Source: Candidatus Melainabacteria bacterium RIFCSPHIGHO2_02_FULL_34_12 (GTDB taxonomy: Bacteria; Cyanobacteriota; Vampirovibrionia; 2-02-FULL-35-15). Taken from it: a stretch of 64,000 nucleotides of DNA. The stretch covers positions 99,802 through 163,801 of the forward strand of contig MFRM01000005.1 in the NCBI GenBank assembly GCA_001784555.1, given 5' to 3'. Below are positions 20,533 to 29,357 of the stretch, piece by piece (within the stretch, counting starts at the first letter, position 1; each line of letters opens with the position of its first letter). The notes beneath the pieces are model-generated. The model was given only the letters and a program-made list of their open reading frames with translations, was not told where the DNA came from and searched no databases. The translations under genes and the position numbers were made by a program.

Positions 20533-23286
20533 ATGAAGTTTTTAAAAATTAATTTAGTCTTTTTAGCCATTCTTGTTTCTGGTTTTTATTTATTATTCTT
20601 TCAAAGTAATATTTTCTCATTCTCAAAAGAATATTCTGACTTTGCTACCCCTGAAGAACTTATAACCAGAAATCAAATTCTTTCGATGCCATGGCAAAAA
20701 TTAAACGGGCCGTTTGGCGGACAAGGATATACGATAAGATTTAGTCCAAGCAACACAAATAAAATAATTGTTACTGACTCATTTGCAGGGATTCATGTTT
20801 CAAATGACAGAGGACTTACCTGGAATGAAAGTGATGAAGGAATAGATTCACGTTCTGGAAAGTCAGGAGATGCTGTTCCAGTTTTTGTCACCACCATAGA
20901 TCCAAATAATCCAAATAGAATATGGTGTGGTGTAAAAAACGCAATGGGAGTATTTCTTTCCACAGACGGAGGAATTACATGGCAGCATAAAGATAACGGC
21001 CTGCCTAGCGGAAGTGAGGTTGAAATAAGAGGGCTTGCAGTAAAGCCAGGTGATTCGAATACTGTCTTTGCAGCAGGAGATTTAGAAGAAATAGGTCCTA
21101 TTATGGGAGCATTCCAAAGAACACAAGGAATAGTTTACAGAACTACTGATGGCGGAGAAAACTGGACCCAGGTTTTATCCGGAGGCAATCTTTTTAAGGA
21201 CATAATAATTGATCCAAATAATCCTAATACAACTTATGTAGCAAGCGGATTTTTTGACAGACATCAGCTTGAAAAATTAGAAGGTGTATATAAAAGTACT
21301 GATGGCGGGACTGTATGGTCCCAGATAAATAATGGAATAAGAAATCTTTATGTCACAAATATAAAATTTGACCCGGAAAATCCAAATATAATTTGGGGAA
21401 CAACAGGAATGATTCCTCAGTTTGACACTGATGTTGAAAATCAAGACGGCGCAATTATTGTAACTAAAGATGCAGGAATGACCTGGACAGAATCTAAAAG
21501 ACAGCGTAACAGCGGTGCACCGCAAATTTATTCAGCACTGGGAATCAGCCCGACAAATTCAAATGTAATTTATGCAGGAGCATTTGGATTTTTTGTTAAA
21601 TCGACTGATGGCGGAATGACATGGACAGAGACTGGTTTTGGTCCGCTTGGATCAAATCCTGGACATCCGATAGATATTGAAGTAGATCCAGACAATGAAA
21701 ATATTGTTTATGTAGACAGTTATGTAGGAGGGGTTTTTAAATCTACAGACGGTGGAAAAACCTGGGTAACAAATGCATTTGGATATTCCGGATCTGAAAC
21801 AAGAGGAGTGGCTGTAAGCTCTGATAATAATAATGTTTTTGCTACATCCAGATCAGGCATATTTTTAAGCAAAGATAAAGGAATAAACTGGCTGCCAGTA
21901 GGACTTGGAGATATTAAGCTGGATGAGCTTCAAGCAGTTTCTCTGAATCCTATTGATAATAATAAAATCCTTCTTGGTGACAGTCAAAATGCAATGAATT
22001 CAATATTTCTTAGTGTTGATGGAGGAATGAGCTGGAAAACAGTTTTTATGCTTTTTAATGAAGATTTTTCAGCTCGCCCAAGCAGCACAGGTTTAGACGG
22101 AGAAATTGTTTTCACTGACATAAAATGGTCTAAGTCAAATCCAAATATTGCCATTGCTTCCTGTGTAAAAAAATCATTGTTTCACGACTTTGTTGACTCA
22201 ATCGGGTGGGGAACTTTTAAATCTGTAAATGGCGGAATGACATGGACAAATAAACAAAATGGAATCTCAGGATTTAAAAATACCTGGTCTCTTGATATAG
22301 ATCCTGCAAATGAAAATATTGTTTATGCAGCTACAAATGACTCAGGCATAGTAAAAAGTATTGATGGCGGAGAAAACTGGACTCAAATAAATAATGGCTT
22401 TGATAATGAAAAATCTTTTCATTCAATATCAATTTACTCTGCAAATACAATGGTGCTTTTGGCAGGAAGTGCTAACGGACAGATTTTTAGATCTGAAGAT
22501 AATGGAGAAAGCTGGACCCCTGTATTATCTGATGTGCGTGAAAACGATAACATTGTTTCAATTGTTTTTAATCCAGTAGCATCTACACATCAGGTTTATG
22601 CCGGCGCAAATGCAACCGGATTTTATGTATCTGGTGATGATGGAAATACCTGGACTCAATTTAATGACGGTTTATTAATTCGTGAATTAGAAAATCTGGC
22701 AGTTACACCGGACGGTTCTAGTGTTTATGCAGCAACAAATGGAGGGGGGATTTTCAGGCTTCCAATAACAGGAGGCAATTTAACCCTGACCAGAAACCAA
22801 ACTGAAATCCCAAGCAATGCAGGCATAGATGCTGAAAATAATACAACTGTATCAAGCTCATCTAGCAGTGGTGGAGAAAGCCATGAAACAAGCTCAGGTG
22901 GTGTCGATGTAAATGCAAACCCTGACGATTTTTCTTTTACACTAAGTGGCAAGGCAGCACATGGGATAAAAGTTTCTTCTAAAAAACCAACAAAAAGTTT
23001 TGTCATTCTTAGTCTAGATGAAAATACAATAAATACTTTTATTAACAAGAAGGTTTTAGTTTCATCAAATTTTTCCACTAATGCTGTAAAAATTAAGCCA
23101 CCCAGTTTTATAGTAAACAGTAAAAGAAACAAAATCAAAATTTTGATTTCTATTAAATCAAAAGACAGCCTGAAAGATATTATTACAGGTGAATTGCCAG
23201 AAGAAATTAAATTATCATTTAATCTTTTACTTCCAGGCACAGAAATAATTAAGCAAACAGAGATTCCCTTAACGTACGAAGAATAA
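20533..23286 (+). CDS. secreted BNR/Asp-box repeat protein (sortilin/Ycf48-like beta-propeller)
   Basis: 917 aa; N-terminal hydrophobic signal; >10 S/T-x-D-G-G-x-T-W Asp-box repeats. Confidence 0.7.
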   Translation: MKFLKINLVFLAILVSGFYLLFFQSNIFSFSKEYSDFATPEELITRNQILSMPWQKLNGPFGGQGYTIRFSPSNTNKIIVTDSFAGIHVSNDRGLTWNESDEGIDSRSGKSGDAVPVFVTTIDPNNPNRIWCGVKNAMGVFLSTDGGITWQHKDNGLPSGSEVEIRGLAVKPGDSNTVFAAGDLEEIGPIMGAFQRTQGIVYRTTDGGENWTQVLSGGNLFKDIIIDPNNPNTTYVASGFFDRHQLEKLEGVYKSTDGGTVWSQINNGIRNLYVTNIKFDPENPNIIWGTTGMIPQFDTDVENQDGAIIVTKDAGMTWTESKRQRNSGAPQIYSALGISPTNSNVIYAGAFGFFVKSTDGGMTWTETGFGPLGSNPGHPIDIEVDPDNENIVYVDSYVGGVFKSTDGGKTWVTNAFGYSGSETRGVAVSSDNNNVFATSRSGIFLSKDKGINWLPVGLGDIKLDELQAVSLNPIDNNKILLGDSQNAMNSIFLSVDGGMSWKTVFMLFNEDFSARPSSTGLDGEIVFTDIKWSKSNPNIAIASCVKKSLFHDFVDSIGWGTFKSVNGGMTWTNKQNGISGFKNTWSLDIDPANENIVYAATNDSGIVKSIDGGENWTQINNGFDNEKSFHSISIYSANTMVLLAGSANGQIFRSEDNGESWTPVLSDVRENDNIVSIVFNPVASTHQVYAGANATGFYVSGDDGNTWTQFNDGLLIRELENLAVTPDGSSVYAATNGGGIFRLPITGGNLTLTRNQTEIPSNAGIDAENNTTVSSSSSSGGESHETSSGGVDVNANPDDFSFTLSGKAAHGIKVSSKKPTKSFVILSLDENTINTFINKKVLVSSNFSTNAVKIKPPSFIVNSKRNKIKILISIKSKDSLKDIITGELPEEIKLSFNLLLPGTEIIKQTEIPLTYEE

Positions 23287-24756
23287 AATATCCTCTTCTA
23301 ATTTAATCCCTTTAATTTTTGCAAGCCCAGGCCACGTGTTTCGCCATCGTAGGGTTGAGGTTACCTCAACCCTGGCATGATCGGGAATCTCAAATTCATA
23401 CGTCGTTATGTCGGATTTACCTGCCATAATTCTTGTATCACTTGCAATAAAAACATTCCACCAATCAGGCGGTGGAATGTCTCTTATACCGGGCGCACCA
23501 CGGTGTGCCCCTACAAATCGCGTACCATATTCACTATATGTTTCGGAGAGAATCTTTGCAAATAATTTTCCTGGTTTGTTTTTTAAATTGCCTGCATAAA
23601 TTGGTAATTTTGGACCTTTGATTTGTACGGGTTGTAGAGACGGGGTTACCCCGTCTCTACGGTTTTTATATTTAACATCAATAACAAGAATTGCATTTCT
23701 CATCGGAGAACCTGTTGGGAAGCTATGACCGAAGTTGTTGTTTGAGACTTTTGCGGTGACGATTAGTATATTGTTGCCATTTGTTGAGACGCCCCGATGG
23801 GGCGTCTTTACGGTGATCATTAGATCAACATATTTCTTCCTAAACTCATGGGGATTGCTGCTCAAGAAACTATGACTATGAATCTGGTGGTAAGGACGTG
23901 ATTTTTGTTTTATATTTGGATTATCAACGATTGAAAAACGCTCTGTCAGAGCGTCTCTACCGGGTTTCATATGACAACTTTGACACTGCACACCTTTTTT
24001 TGCTGCCGGACTATTTGCCCATTCTGTAAATGTTGAGTAAATTTGTACATTTCCATTTGAGCCATCATGGCATTTAGCACAGATGAGACTTGTTTTATAA
24101 AGCGAATTATATTTTAATTCCTCATTTTCGCCGTATTTTTGCTCTGTTTCATCATCAATTCGTTCTATTTTTATTGAGTCCTTAATTGGTCCAAACCTTA
24201 TATCCTTCATTCCTTTGCATGTTCGTAAAATATTTAAACCTTCGACTCCTTTTTTAAATGGATTTTGATCTACACTTTCAATCTTATGACAGAAATCACA
24301 GGAGATACCGTTTGTTTTTTTTGCATTGCGTTTTCTTAAATCAATATCATTAAGACGCCCTGCCGGGGCGTCTCTACCGGATAATGTTGCTTCAGGGTTG
24401 TGGCAGAGAGCACAATTCCCATTTTTATCAGGGTGATCTTCTTTAAATCGTTTATAAACTTCTAAAAAGAAAGGATTGTTTTGGCTCATGGAATGTTTAT
24501 CATCTTTCCATTCTTTGTAATAAGCTATGTGACATGAAGAACAATTTTTTAAAAGTAATTCCCCTTCTTTACTGGATGTGTTTGGGTCAAACCATTTATA
24601 GACGGTGCATGTATCGTTGTGTGTTGTAGAAGCGTATTCCAATACGCCTCTACTTTGTTTTGGTGATGAAGCAATGACGTGAAACGTTTGTGAAATAAAA
24701 ATAAATGACAAAATCGTTGTAGAAATTAAAACAATAATCTTTTTATAAATAGACAT
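23269..24756 (-). CDS. pentaheme c-type cytochrome (NrfA-like size; family uncertain)
   Basis: 495 aa; signal peptide; five CxxCH motifs (CSSCH, CALCH, CDFCH, CAKCH, CQSCH); contains six palindromic-element copies. Confidence 0.65.
   Translation of the reverse strand: MSIYKKIIVLISTTILSFIFISQTFHVIASSPKQSRGVLEYASTTHNDTCTVYKWFDPNTSSKEGELLLKNCSSCHIAYYKEWKDDKHSMSQNNPFFLEVYKRFKEDHPDKNGNCALCHNPEATLSGRDAPAGRLNDIDLRKRNAKKTNGISCDFCHKIESVDQNPFKKGVEGLNILRTCKGMKDIRFGPIKDSIKIERIDDETEQKYGENEELKYNSLYKTSLICAKCHDGSNGNVQIYSTFTEWANSPAAKKGVQCQSCHMKPGRDALTERFSIVDNPNIKQKSRPYHQIHSHSFLSSNPHEFRKKYVDLMITVKTPHRGVSTNGNNILIVTAKVSNNNFGHSFPTGSPMRNAILVIDVKYKNRRDGVTPSLQPVQIKGPKLPIYAGNLKNKPGKLFAKILSETYSEYGTRFVGAHRGAPGIRDIPPPDWWNVFIASDTRIMAGKSDITTYEFEIPDHARVEVTSTLRWRNTWPGLAKIKGIKLEEDILFFVR
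23349..23375. repeat. GTAG...CTAC-family palindromic element in cytochrome gene
   Basis: gtagggttgaggttacctcaaccctgg; 11-bp arms; encodes ARVEVTSTLR. Confidence 0.65.
23634..23660. repeat. GTAG...CTAC palindromic element (27 bp) in cytochrome gene
   Basis: gtagagacggggttaccccgtctctac; encodes RRDGVTPSL. Confidence 0.85.
23784..23811. repeat. GTAG...CTAC-family palindromic element in cytochrome gene
   Basis: ttgagacgccccgatggggcgtctttac; encodes VKTPHRGVS. Confidence 0.7.
23945..23960. repeat. partial or degenerate element (right terminus gtctctac) in cytochrome gene
   Basis: gtcagagcgtctctac; encodes GRDALTE. Confidence 0.4.
24351..24377. repeat. GTAG...CTAC-family palindromic element in cytochrome gene
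   Basis: taagacgccctgccggggcgtctctac; encodes GRDAPAGRL. Confidence 0.75.
24636..24663. repeat. GTAG...CTAC palindromic element in cytochrome gene
   Basis: gtagaagcgtattccaatacgcctctac (2 mismatches); encodes SRGVLEYAS. Confidence 0.7.
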
Positions 24757-24769
24757 TCATATTTATTTT

Positions 24770-25069
24770 TTATGCTGCCCGATTTCTTTGAATTGTATTT
24801 GTATTGAAAGTAATTGCTTGCTCATTGGTACCTTCCCACTCATTGTTTCCATCAGGTTTTATTTGAACATCAACTACCCTGGACCACTTTACTCCACTTG
24901 CAGTTGGAGTATAACCTAATAAAACAAATCTTGAAAAGTCCTGGCGATCGGTAAGAGCAGTTTCTTTAATCACAGGTTTTTCTCGCTCGGATTCTAACTC
25001 AGTCCGTTTTGGCTCAAATTGAAGGATTGATCTTCCATTTCCTTGACTTGTAAACAGATTAACTTTCAT
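24770..25069 (-). CDS. hypothetical small protein between aconitase and cytochrome genes
   Basis: 99 aa ORF co-oriented with its neighbours. Confidence 0.3.
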   Translation of the reverse strand: MKVNLFTSQGNGRSILQFEPKRTELESEREKPVIKETALTDRQDFSRFVLLGYTPTASGVKWSRVVDVQIKPDGNNEWEGTNEQAITFNTNTIQRNRAA

Positions 25070-25139
25070 AATGCCTCTCCCTTTTATTTATTTTATAGAA
25101 AATTCTAAGCTTAAACATAACATTAATCAAGTATTTCTT

Positions 25140-27779
25140 TCACAATCTATTCTTCTCACTAAACCATTTCATAAACTCAGTTACATTTCCTTTAAATTGA
25201 TCTATAAGTACTTTCTTAAAAAGATTTGGCTCAGAACCAGCTCTAAAAACTTCTATTTTATATGGAGTGTCCAGAACATGCTCACAGATAATTGAGAATT
25301 CCTCATTCGCCGATACGCCGATACGCCGGTTCGCCGACACGTTTTTCCTAATCTTTACTTCTACATCTCTTTTATCAGCATCTAATTTATCTAAACCATA
25401 AATTGAAATTAAATCTTCTCTATCGAGCTTTGCTCTGTCAGCAGGGTTTTTATATGTCATATAAAATAACCCCTGTTCAATTGCATTTTCTCTGTGAATT
25501 GGGGCAAAGCTTTCGGCTATACAGACCCTTGCCCTTAAGTGTCTTGGAATAAATGCTGCTGCTTCACGTGAACTGCCCGAACCAAAAAGTTTTCCACCTA
25601 CCATCACTGAACCATTATTATTTTTCTTATATTCTTTTCCTAGATTATAGTAATACTGAGGATCTCTATTTTCCTGAGAAGCCTTACTTTCAAAGAATCC
25701 AAGCTCAAGTTCAAGAAGATTTCCTCTTTTTGGAATATAGTTTATTCCTGCAGCAGATAAATCATCTGTGGTTACATTGTCACCAAGAACTATTAGTACA
25801 GGAATATTCTCAAACTTATCTGGCGGGATGTCGTACATATCATCAGGAAGTGCTGAAATTGTTTTTCCATCATAAAGTACTTCTATTTCTTTGGATTTGT
25901 CTTTTGGTGCAGGAAGAATAAATGCTGGTCTTTTGCCATCTGGGTTATTAAAATCATTTGAGATAACGGGTGTTAATTTTGCTTCGCTTGTAGGATTTGA
26001 AAGTTTTATTTTTACTTCTTTGCCGGATTCGTCTTTAGTTATAAATGATCTTGAGTCTGGATCATAACTATCGAATCTTCCACAACTGGCTAGATATACT
26101 ACAACTGCAGGACTTGCCAGATAAACCTGATCGATTTTAGATTTAGTGCCTGCTCTTCCCATGAAATTTCTGTTAAAGGATCTAACAGATGCAGTATCTT
26201 CCTCCGGAGCAAATCCCATACCGATACAAGGACCACATGCACTGTCAAGAAGAATAAGATGTCCCTTTTCAATGAGTTCTTTAATAGTTGTGTTTGACTG
26301 AACTGAAAGCCAGCCGTCACGTGAGCCGTAAGTAACGCTTATAGGAGTTTTTCTTTTTGCTTTATTTTTTGCAAGCTGTAAATTTGCCCACACGGCAGCT
26401 TCAATATCATCTTTTCCAGAATGTGTGCAGCTTCCAATACTGCCTGAGCTGATGTCAAGGCTTAATTTCCTTTTTTCATAGGATTTTTTAATGTCTATTT
26501 CCTGTACGACGAAATTAATAAGGGTTTCTTGTGGGGTGGCGCGTAAAACGGGCGTACCGCGGCATACTCCTACAAAATCTTTTACCTTTTCTTTGTCCAC
26601 CTTACCGTCTTTTAAAAAATCTTTGTATCGAGAAAATATTTCTTCGTTTATAAAATTAATAACTTTTGGAATTTCATCCAGGTAAAAAACGTTTTTTGGA
26701 TTTCCAGGAAGTGCCAGTGCAGGATGTATTTCTTTTGAGAGGTCATATTCAAGAACTTTATCATAATATTTCCCAGGGTCTTTTATGACCTCAGGATCCG
26801 GATTTAAATCTTTTAGATTTTTTTCAGTCCATTTTGCCAGATCAGATCTATTTCTTGATTCAAGATATTTTACTACCTCTTCATCAGGAGGAAAAAGCCC
26901 TGTACCCATTCCTCCGTCTACGAGGGAATTTGTAATAGAACTTCTGCCCACGACAGAAACTGATTTTACTCCTTCTCCAAAAAACTCAATATAGCTTCCA
27001 TTTCCTTCATTTCCAAAAAGTCTGATAATATCCCTGTTTAATAATTGAACAATTTGTTTTGGTTCGGTTCCTTCAGGCAATGAACCCTTAAGATGAACCC
27101 CAATTATAGGATTTCTGTCTACTGCCATAGGAAGTCCGGCTGCAAGTGATTTTGCAATGCTCCAGCCGCCTTTTCCAATAGCAAACATACCCATTCCGCC
27201 AGCTGTTGGTGTATGTGAATCAGAGCCAAAAAGCACTCCGCCTGGCATATCAAAATATTCATCGCTTACTCTGTGGCAGATACCGTTTCCAGGAAGTGAA
27301 AAAACTATTCCTCGCTTACTTGAGCTGGTTCCTAAAAACTTAATTCCTTCTTTGTCCTGAATAATTGCCTGTTCAATTCCATAATCGACTTTTATATTAT
27401 GGTCATAATATAAAACTGTAAGAATGTCAGACTGATCTCTTCCAAGAAGTTTAAATAAAAGTTCTGCCTGAAGAAGAAGTAATTTTCCTGTAGCATCCTG
27501 AATTAACAGGAGATCTGGTCTTAAATAAATAATAGAACCTTTTATAACCGGATCTCCTGCATCCAGATGTGCATACCAGATTTTTTCAATTGCAGTTAAT
27601 GGGTTTTTAATTTTCCCGACATATTTAGATTCACTGAATATTTTTGGTCTTGTGTTTTTTATCTTTAAAACAAAGTTTTTATCTTCAGGTGTATCCGGGT
27701 AACCATCTAATTCCCTTCGTGGATCATATACAATTGGTTCTGGAATTTTAGGTGGCTTAGGAATAATTTGAGTAGTCAT
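25140..27779 (-). CDS. aconitase family protein (aconitate hydratase-like) with ~60 aa N-terminal extension
   Basis: 879 aa; IQDATG, SHTPTAGGMG, CGPCIGMG, SGSSREAAA aconitase motifs. Confidence 0.7.
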   Translation of the reverse strand: MTTQIIPKPPKIPEPIVYDPRRELDGYPDTPEDKNFVLKIKNTRPKIFSESKYVGKIKNPLTAIEKIWYAHLDAGDPVIKGSIIYLRPDLLLIQDATGKLLLLQAELLFKLLGRDQSDILTVLYYDHNIKVDYGIEQAIIQDKEGIKFLGTSSSKRGIVFSLPGNGICHRVSDEYFDMPGGVLFGSDSHTPTAGGMGMFAIGKGGWSIAKSLAAGLPMAVDRNPIIGVHLKGSLPEGTEPKQIVQLLNRDIIRLFGNEGNGSYIEFFGEGVKSVSVVGRSSITNSLVDGGMGTGLFPPDEEVVKYLESRNRSDLAKWTEKNLKDLNPDPEVIKDPGKYYDKVLEYDLSKEIHPALALPGNPKNVFYLDEIPKVINFINEEIFSRYKDFLKDGKVDKEKVKDFVGVCRGTPVLRATPQETLINFVVQEIDIKKSYEKRKLSLDISSGSIGSCTHSGKDDIEAAVWANLQLAKNKAKRKTPISVTYGSRDGWLSVQSNTTIKELIEKGHLILLDSACGPCIGMGFAPEEDTASVRSFNRNFMGRAGTKSKIDQVYLASPAVVVYLASCGRFDSYDPDSRSFITKDESGKEVKIKLSNPTSEAKLTPVISNDFNNPDGKRPAFILPAPKDKSKEIEVLYDGKTISALPDDMYDIPPDKFENIPVLIVLGDNVTTDDLSAAGINYIPKRGNLLELELGFFESKASQENRDPQYYYNLGKEYKKNNNGSVMVGGKLFGSGSSREAAAFIPRHLRARVCIAESFAPIHRENAIEQGLFYMTYKNPADRAKLDREDLISIYGLDKLDADKRDVEVKIRKNVSANRRIGVSANEEFSIICEHVLDTPYKIEVFRAGSEPNLFKKVLIDQFKGNVTEFMKWFSEKNRL
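25305..25340. repeat. xTxCGCCG octamer tandem repeat, in frame in aconitase gene
   Basis: ttcgccgatacgccgatacgccggttcgccgac; encodes VSANRRIGVSANEE. Confidence 0.6.
26550..26573. repeat. decayed copy of the GTAGGGGCGTA-subfamily element in aconitase gene
   Basis: gggcgtaccgcggcatactcctac; right half matches copies at 41140 and 32269, left arm mutated; encodes VGVCRGTPVL. Confidence 0.4.
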
Positions 27780-27798
27780 GATTTAATTTTACACGAAT

Positions 27799-27827
27799 GT
27801 AGAGACATTGCGGCGCAATGTCTCTAC
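27799..27827. repeat. 29-bp GTAG...CTAC palindromic element, intergenic; supplies TAG stop of nagB-like gene
   Basis: gtagagacattgcggcgcaatgtctctac; 20 bp upstream of aconitase start. Confidence 0.85.
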
Positions 27828-28630
27828 AAATATTTTGCTGCGTCTTTATCAGTAATCACAATAAGATTTTTATGTAGTAATAATGCACTTGCAGATGCTT
27901 TTTTTATATTTACTTTTTTATCTCTAAATGCTAACTGAATTGACTTTGCTTTTTCTTCTCCATATGCAATAAGAAGTGCCTTTCTGGATTTTAAAATGTC
28001 TTGTATACCCAAGGTGATGCCCTTTACAGGGGCTTGCTGCAGCAAGCCCCTACATCGGATCTTTTTTATAACTATTGGATGTAGATCCACCACTCTCATT
28101 TTTGAATCTATTGATGACTTCCCTGTAGTGTTATAAGCAATATGTGGATCATACTCAGCTCCAATCCCCAGAATTATTAAATCAATTCCTTTATTTTTTC
28201 TTATGAACTCATTAGCTTTTTTTATTGTTTCTTTTGGATTTTTTGATCCATCCATTAGAAAAACATTCTTTGGATTTACTGTTTTAAATAAAGGTTTTAG
28301 TTTGTCTCTTATTTCAAGATTAAAACTAATCGAGGAATCAGGTTTTACCCCTAGATTTTCATCAATCTGAAAAAGTTTTACTTTTTTCCATTTGTTTGGG
28401 TTTAAACTAACATCTTTTGAGATTAATTTATATAAATCATCAATGGTTTTTCCTGCTGCAAGACCTATAAGCGAATCCGGCTTTTTTAATATTTGGTTTT
28501 TAATTACTTCAAAGGCTTTTTTATCCCCTGATTTTTTGTCTTTTGTAATTAATATTTTTCTTTTCATTTGTTTGGCAAATCTTTTATAAAGACGGTAAGA
28601 TAGAGCAATGATTTTTATTATATTTTGCAC
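27824..28630 (-). CDS. glucosamine-6-phosphate deaminase / 6-phosphogluconolactonase family (NagB/Pgl)
   Basis: 268 aa; LIILGIGAEYDPHIAYN resembles the NagB/Pgl GxGxDGH motif. Confidence 0.55.
   Translation of the reverse strand: MQNIIKIIALSYRLYKRFAKQMKRKILITKDKKSGDKKAFEVIKNQILKKPDSLIGLAAGKTIDDLYKLISKDVSLNPNKWKKVKLFQIDENLGVKPDSSISFNLEIRDKLKPLFKTVNPKNVFLMDGSKNPKETIKKANEFIRKNKGIDLIILGIGAEYDPHIAYNTTGKSSIDSKMRVVDLHPIVIKKIRCRGLLQQAPVKGITLGIQDILKSRKALLIAYGEEKAKSIQLAFRDKKVNIKKASASALLLHKNLIVITDKDAAKYL
28026..28053. repeat. GTAG...CTAC-family element (GGGGCTTGC subfamily) in nagB-like gene
   Basis: acaggggcttgctgcagcaagcccctac; encodes CRGLLQQAPVKG. Confidence 0.7.
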
Positions 28631-28638
28631 AGGCGATT

Positions 28639-29337
28639 ATGTCAGATGAAATTAATAAACTAAGAAACAAAGTTATTGTATCAGTCCAGGCTGAAGGAAG
28701 TGAACCGTTAAATTCTCCTGAGAATTTACTGGCACTTAGCCAGTCAGTAATAAATGGCGGAGCTGGCGGACTCAGGCTATGCGGCATAAAAAATATAAAG
28801 CACATAAAGAAAAAAGTTTTGGTACCCATTATCGGACTTACAAAACTAGAACCTACTCCTTTTAACTGGCTGGATACAGTATATATTTCAGCAAAAATTA
28901 GCGACATAAAAGAACTGATTACATGCGGTGTCGAATTTATTGCAGTGGACGGAACTAAGAGACCACGGGCAGATGGATCGACTCTTGAAGATCAAATAAT
29001 TCTTATAAAAGAAAACAATAAAATTGCAATTGCAGATATTTCTACATTTGATGAAGCTATGGGTGCTGCAGAACTTGGAGCTGATATAGTCTCTACTACA
29101 CTTAGTGGCTATACAAAAGAAACCAGATTTAAAGTAAATGAGGGACCGGATTTTGAACTTTTAGCTGAACTTACACAGGAATCCCCAGCTCCAGTAATTA
29201 TGGAAGGAAGAATCTGGTATCCTCAGGAAGTAAAAAAAGCATTTGAAATGGGAGCATTTGCAGTTGTAATAGGAACTGCAATAACCAGACCTCATATGAT
29301 TACAAAAAGATTTGTAAGTGTTGCACCGAAGGAATAG
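28639..29337 (+). CDS. putative N-acetylmannosamine-6-phosphate 2-epimerase (NanE-like)
   Basis: 232 aa; NanE-like TIM barrel; divergently adjacent to nagB-like gene. Confidence 0.55.
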   Translation: MSDEINKLRNKVIVSVQAEGSEPLNSPENLLALSQSVINGGAGGLRLCGIKNIKHIKKKVLVPIIGLTKLEPTPFNWLDTVYISAKISDIKELITCGVEFIAVDGTKRPRADGSTLEDQIILIKENNKIAIADISTFDEAMGAAELGADIVSTTLSGYTKETRFKVNEGPDFELLAELTQESPAPVIMEGRIWYPQEVKKAFEMGAFAVVIGTAITRPHMITKRFVSVAPKE

Positions 29338-29357
29338 AAAAATCTTAGAGGCAAGGC

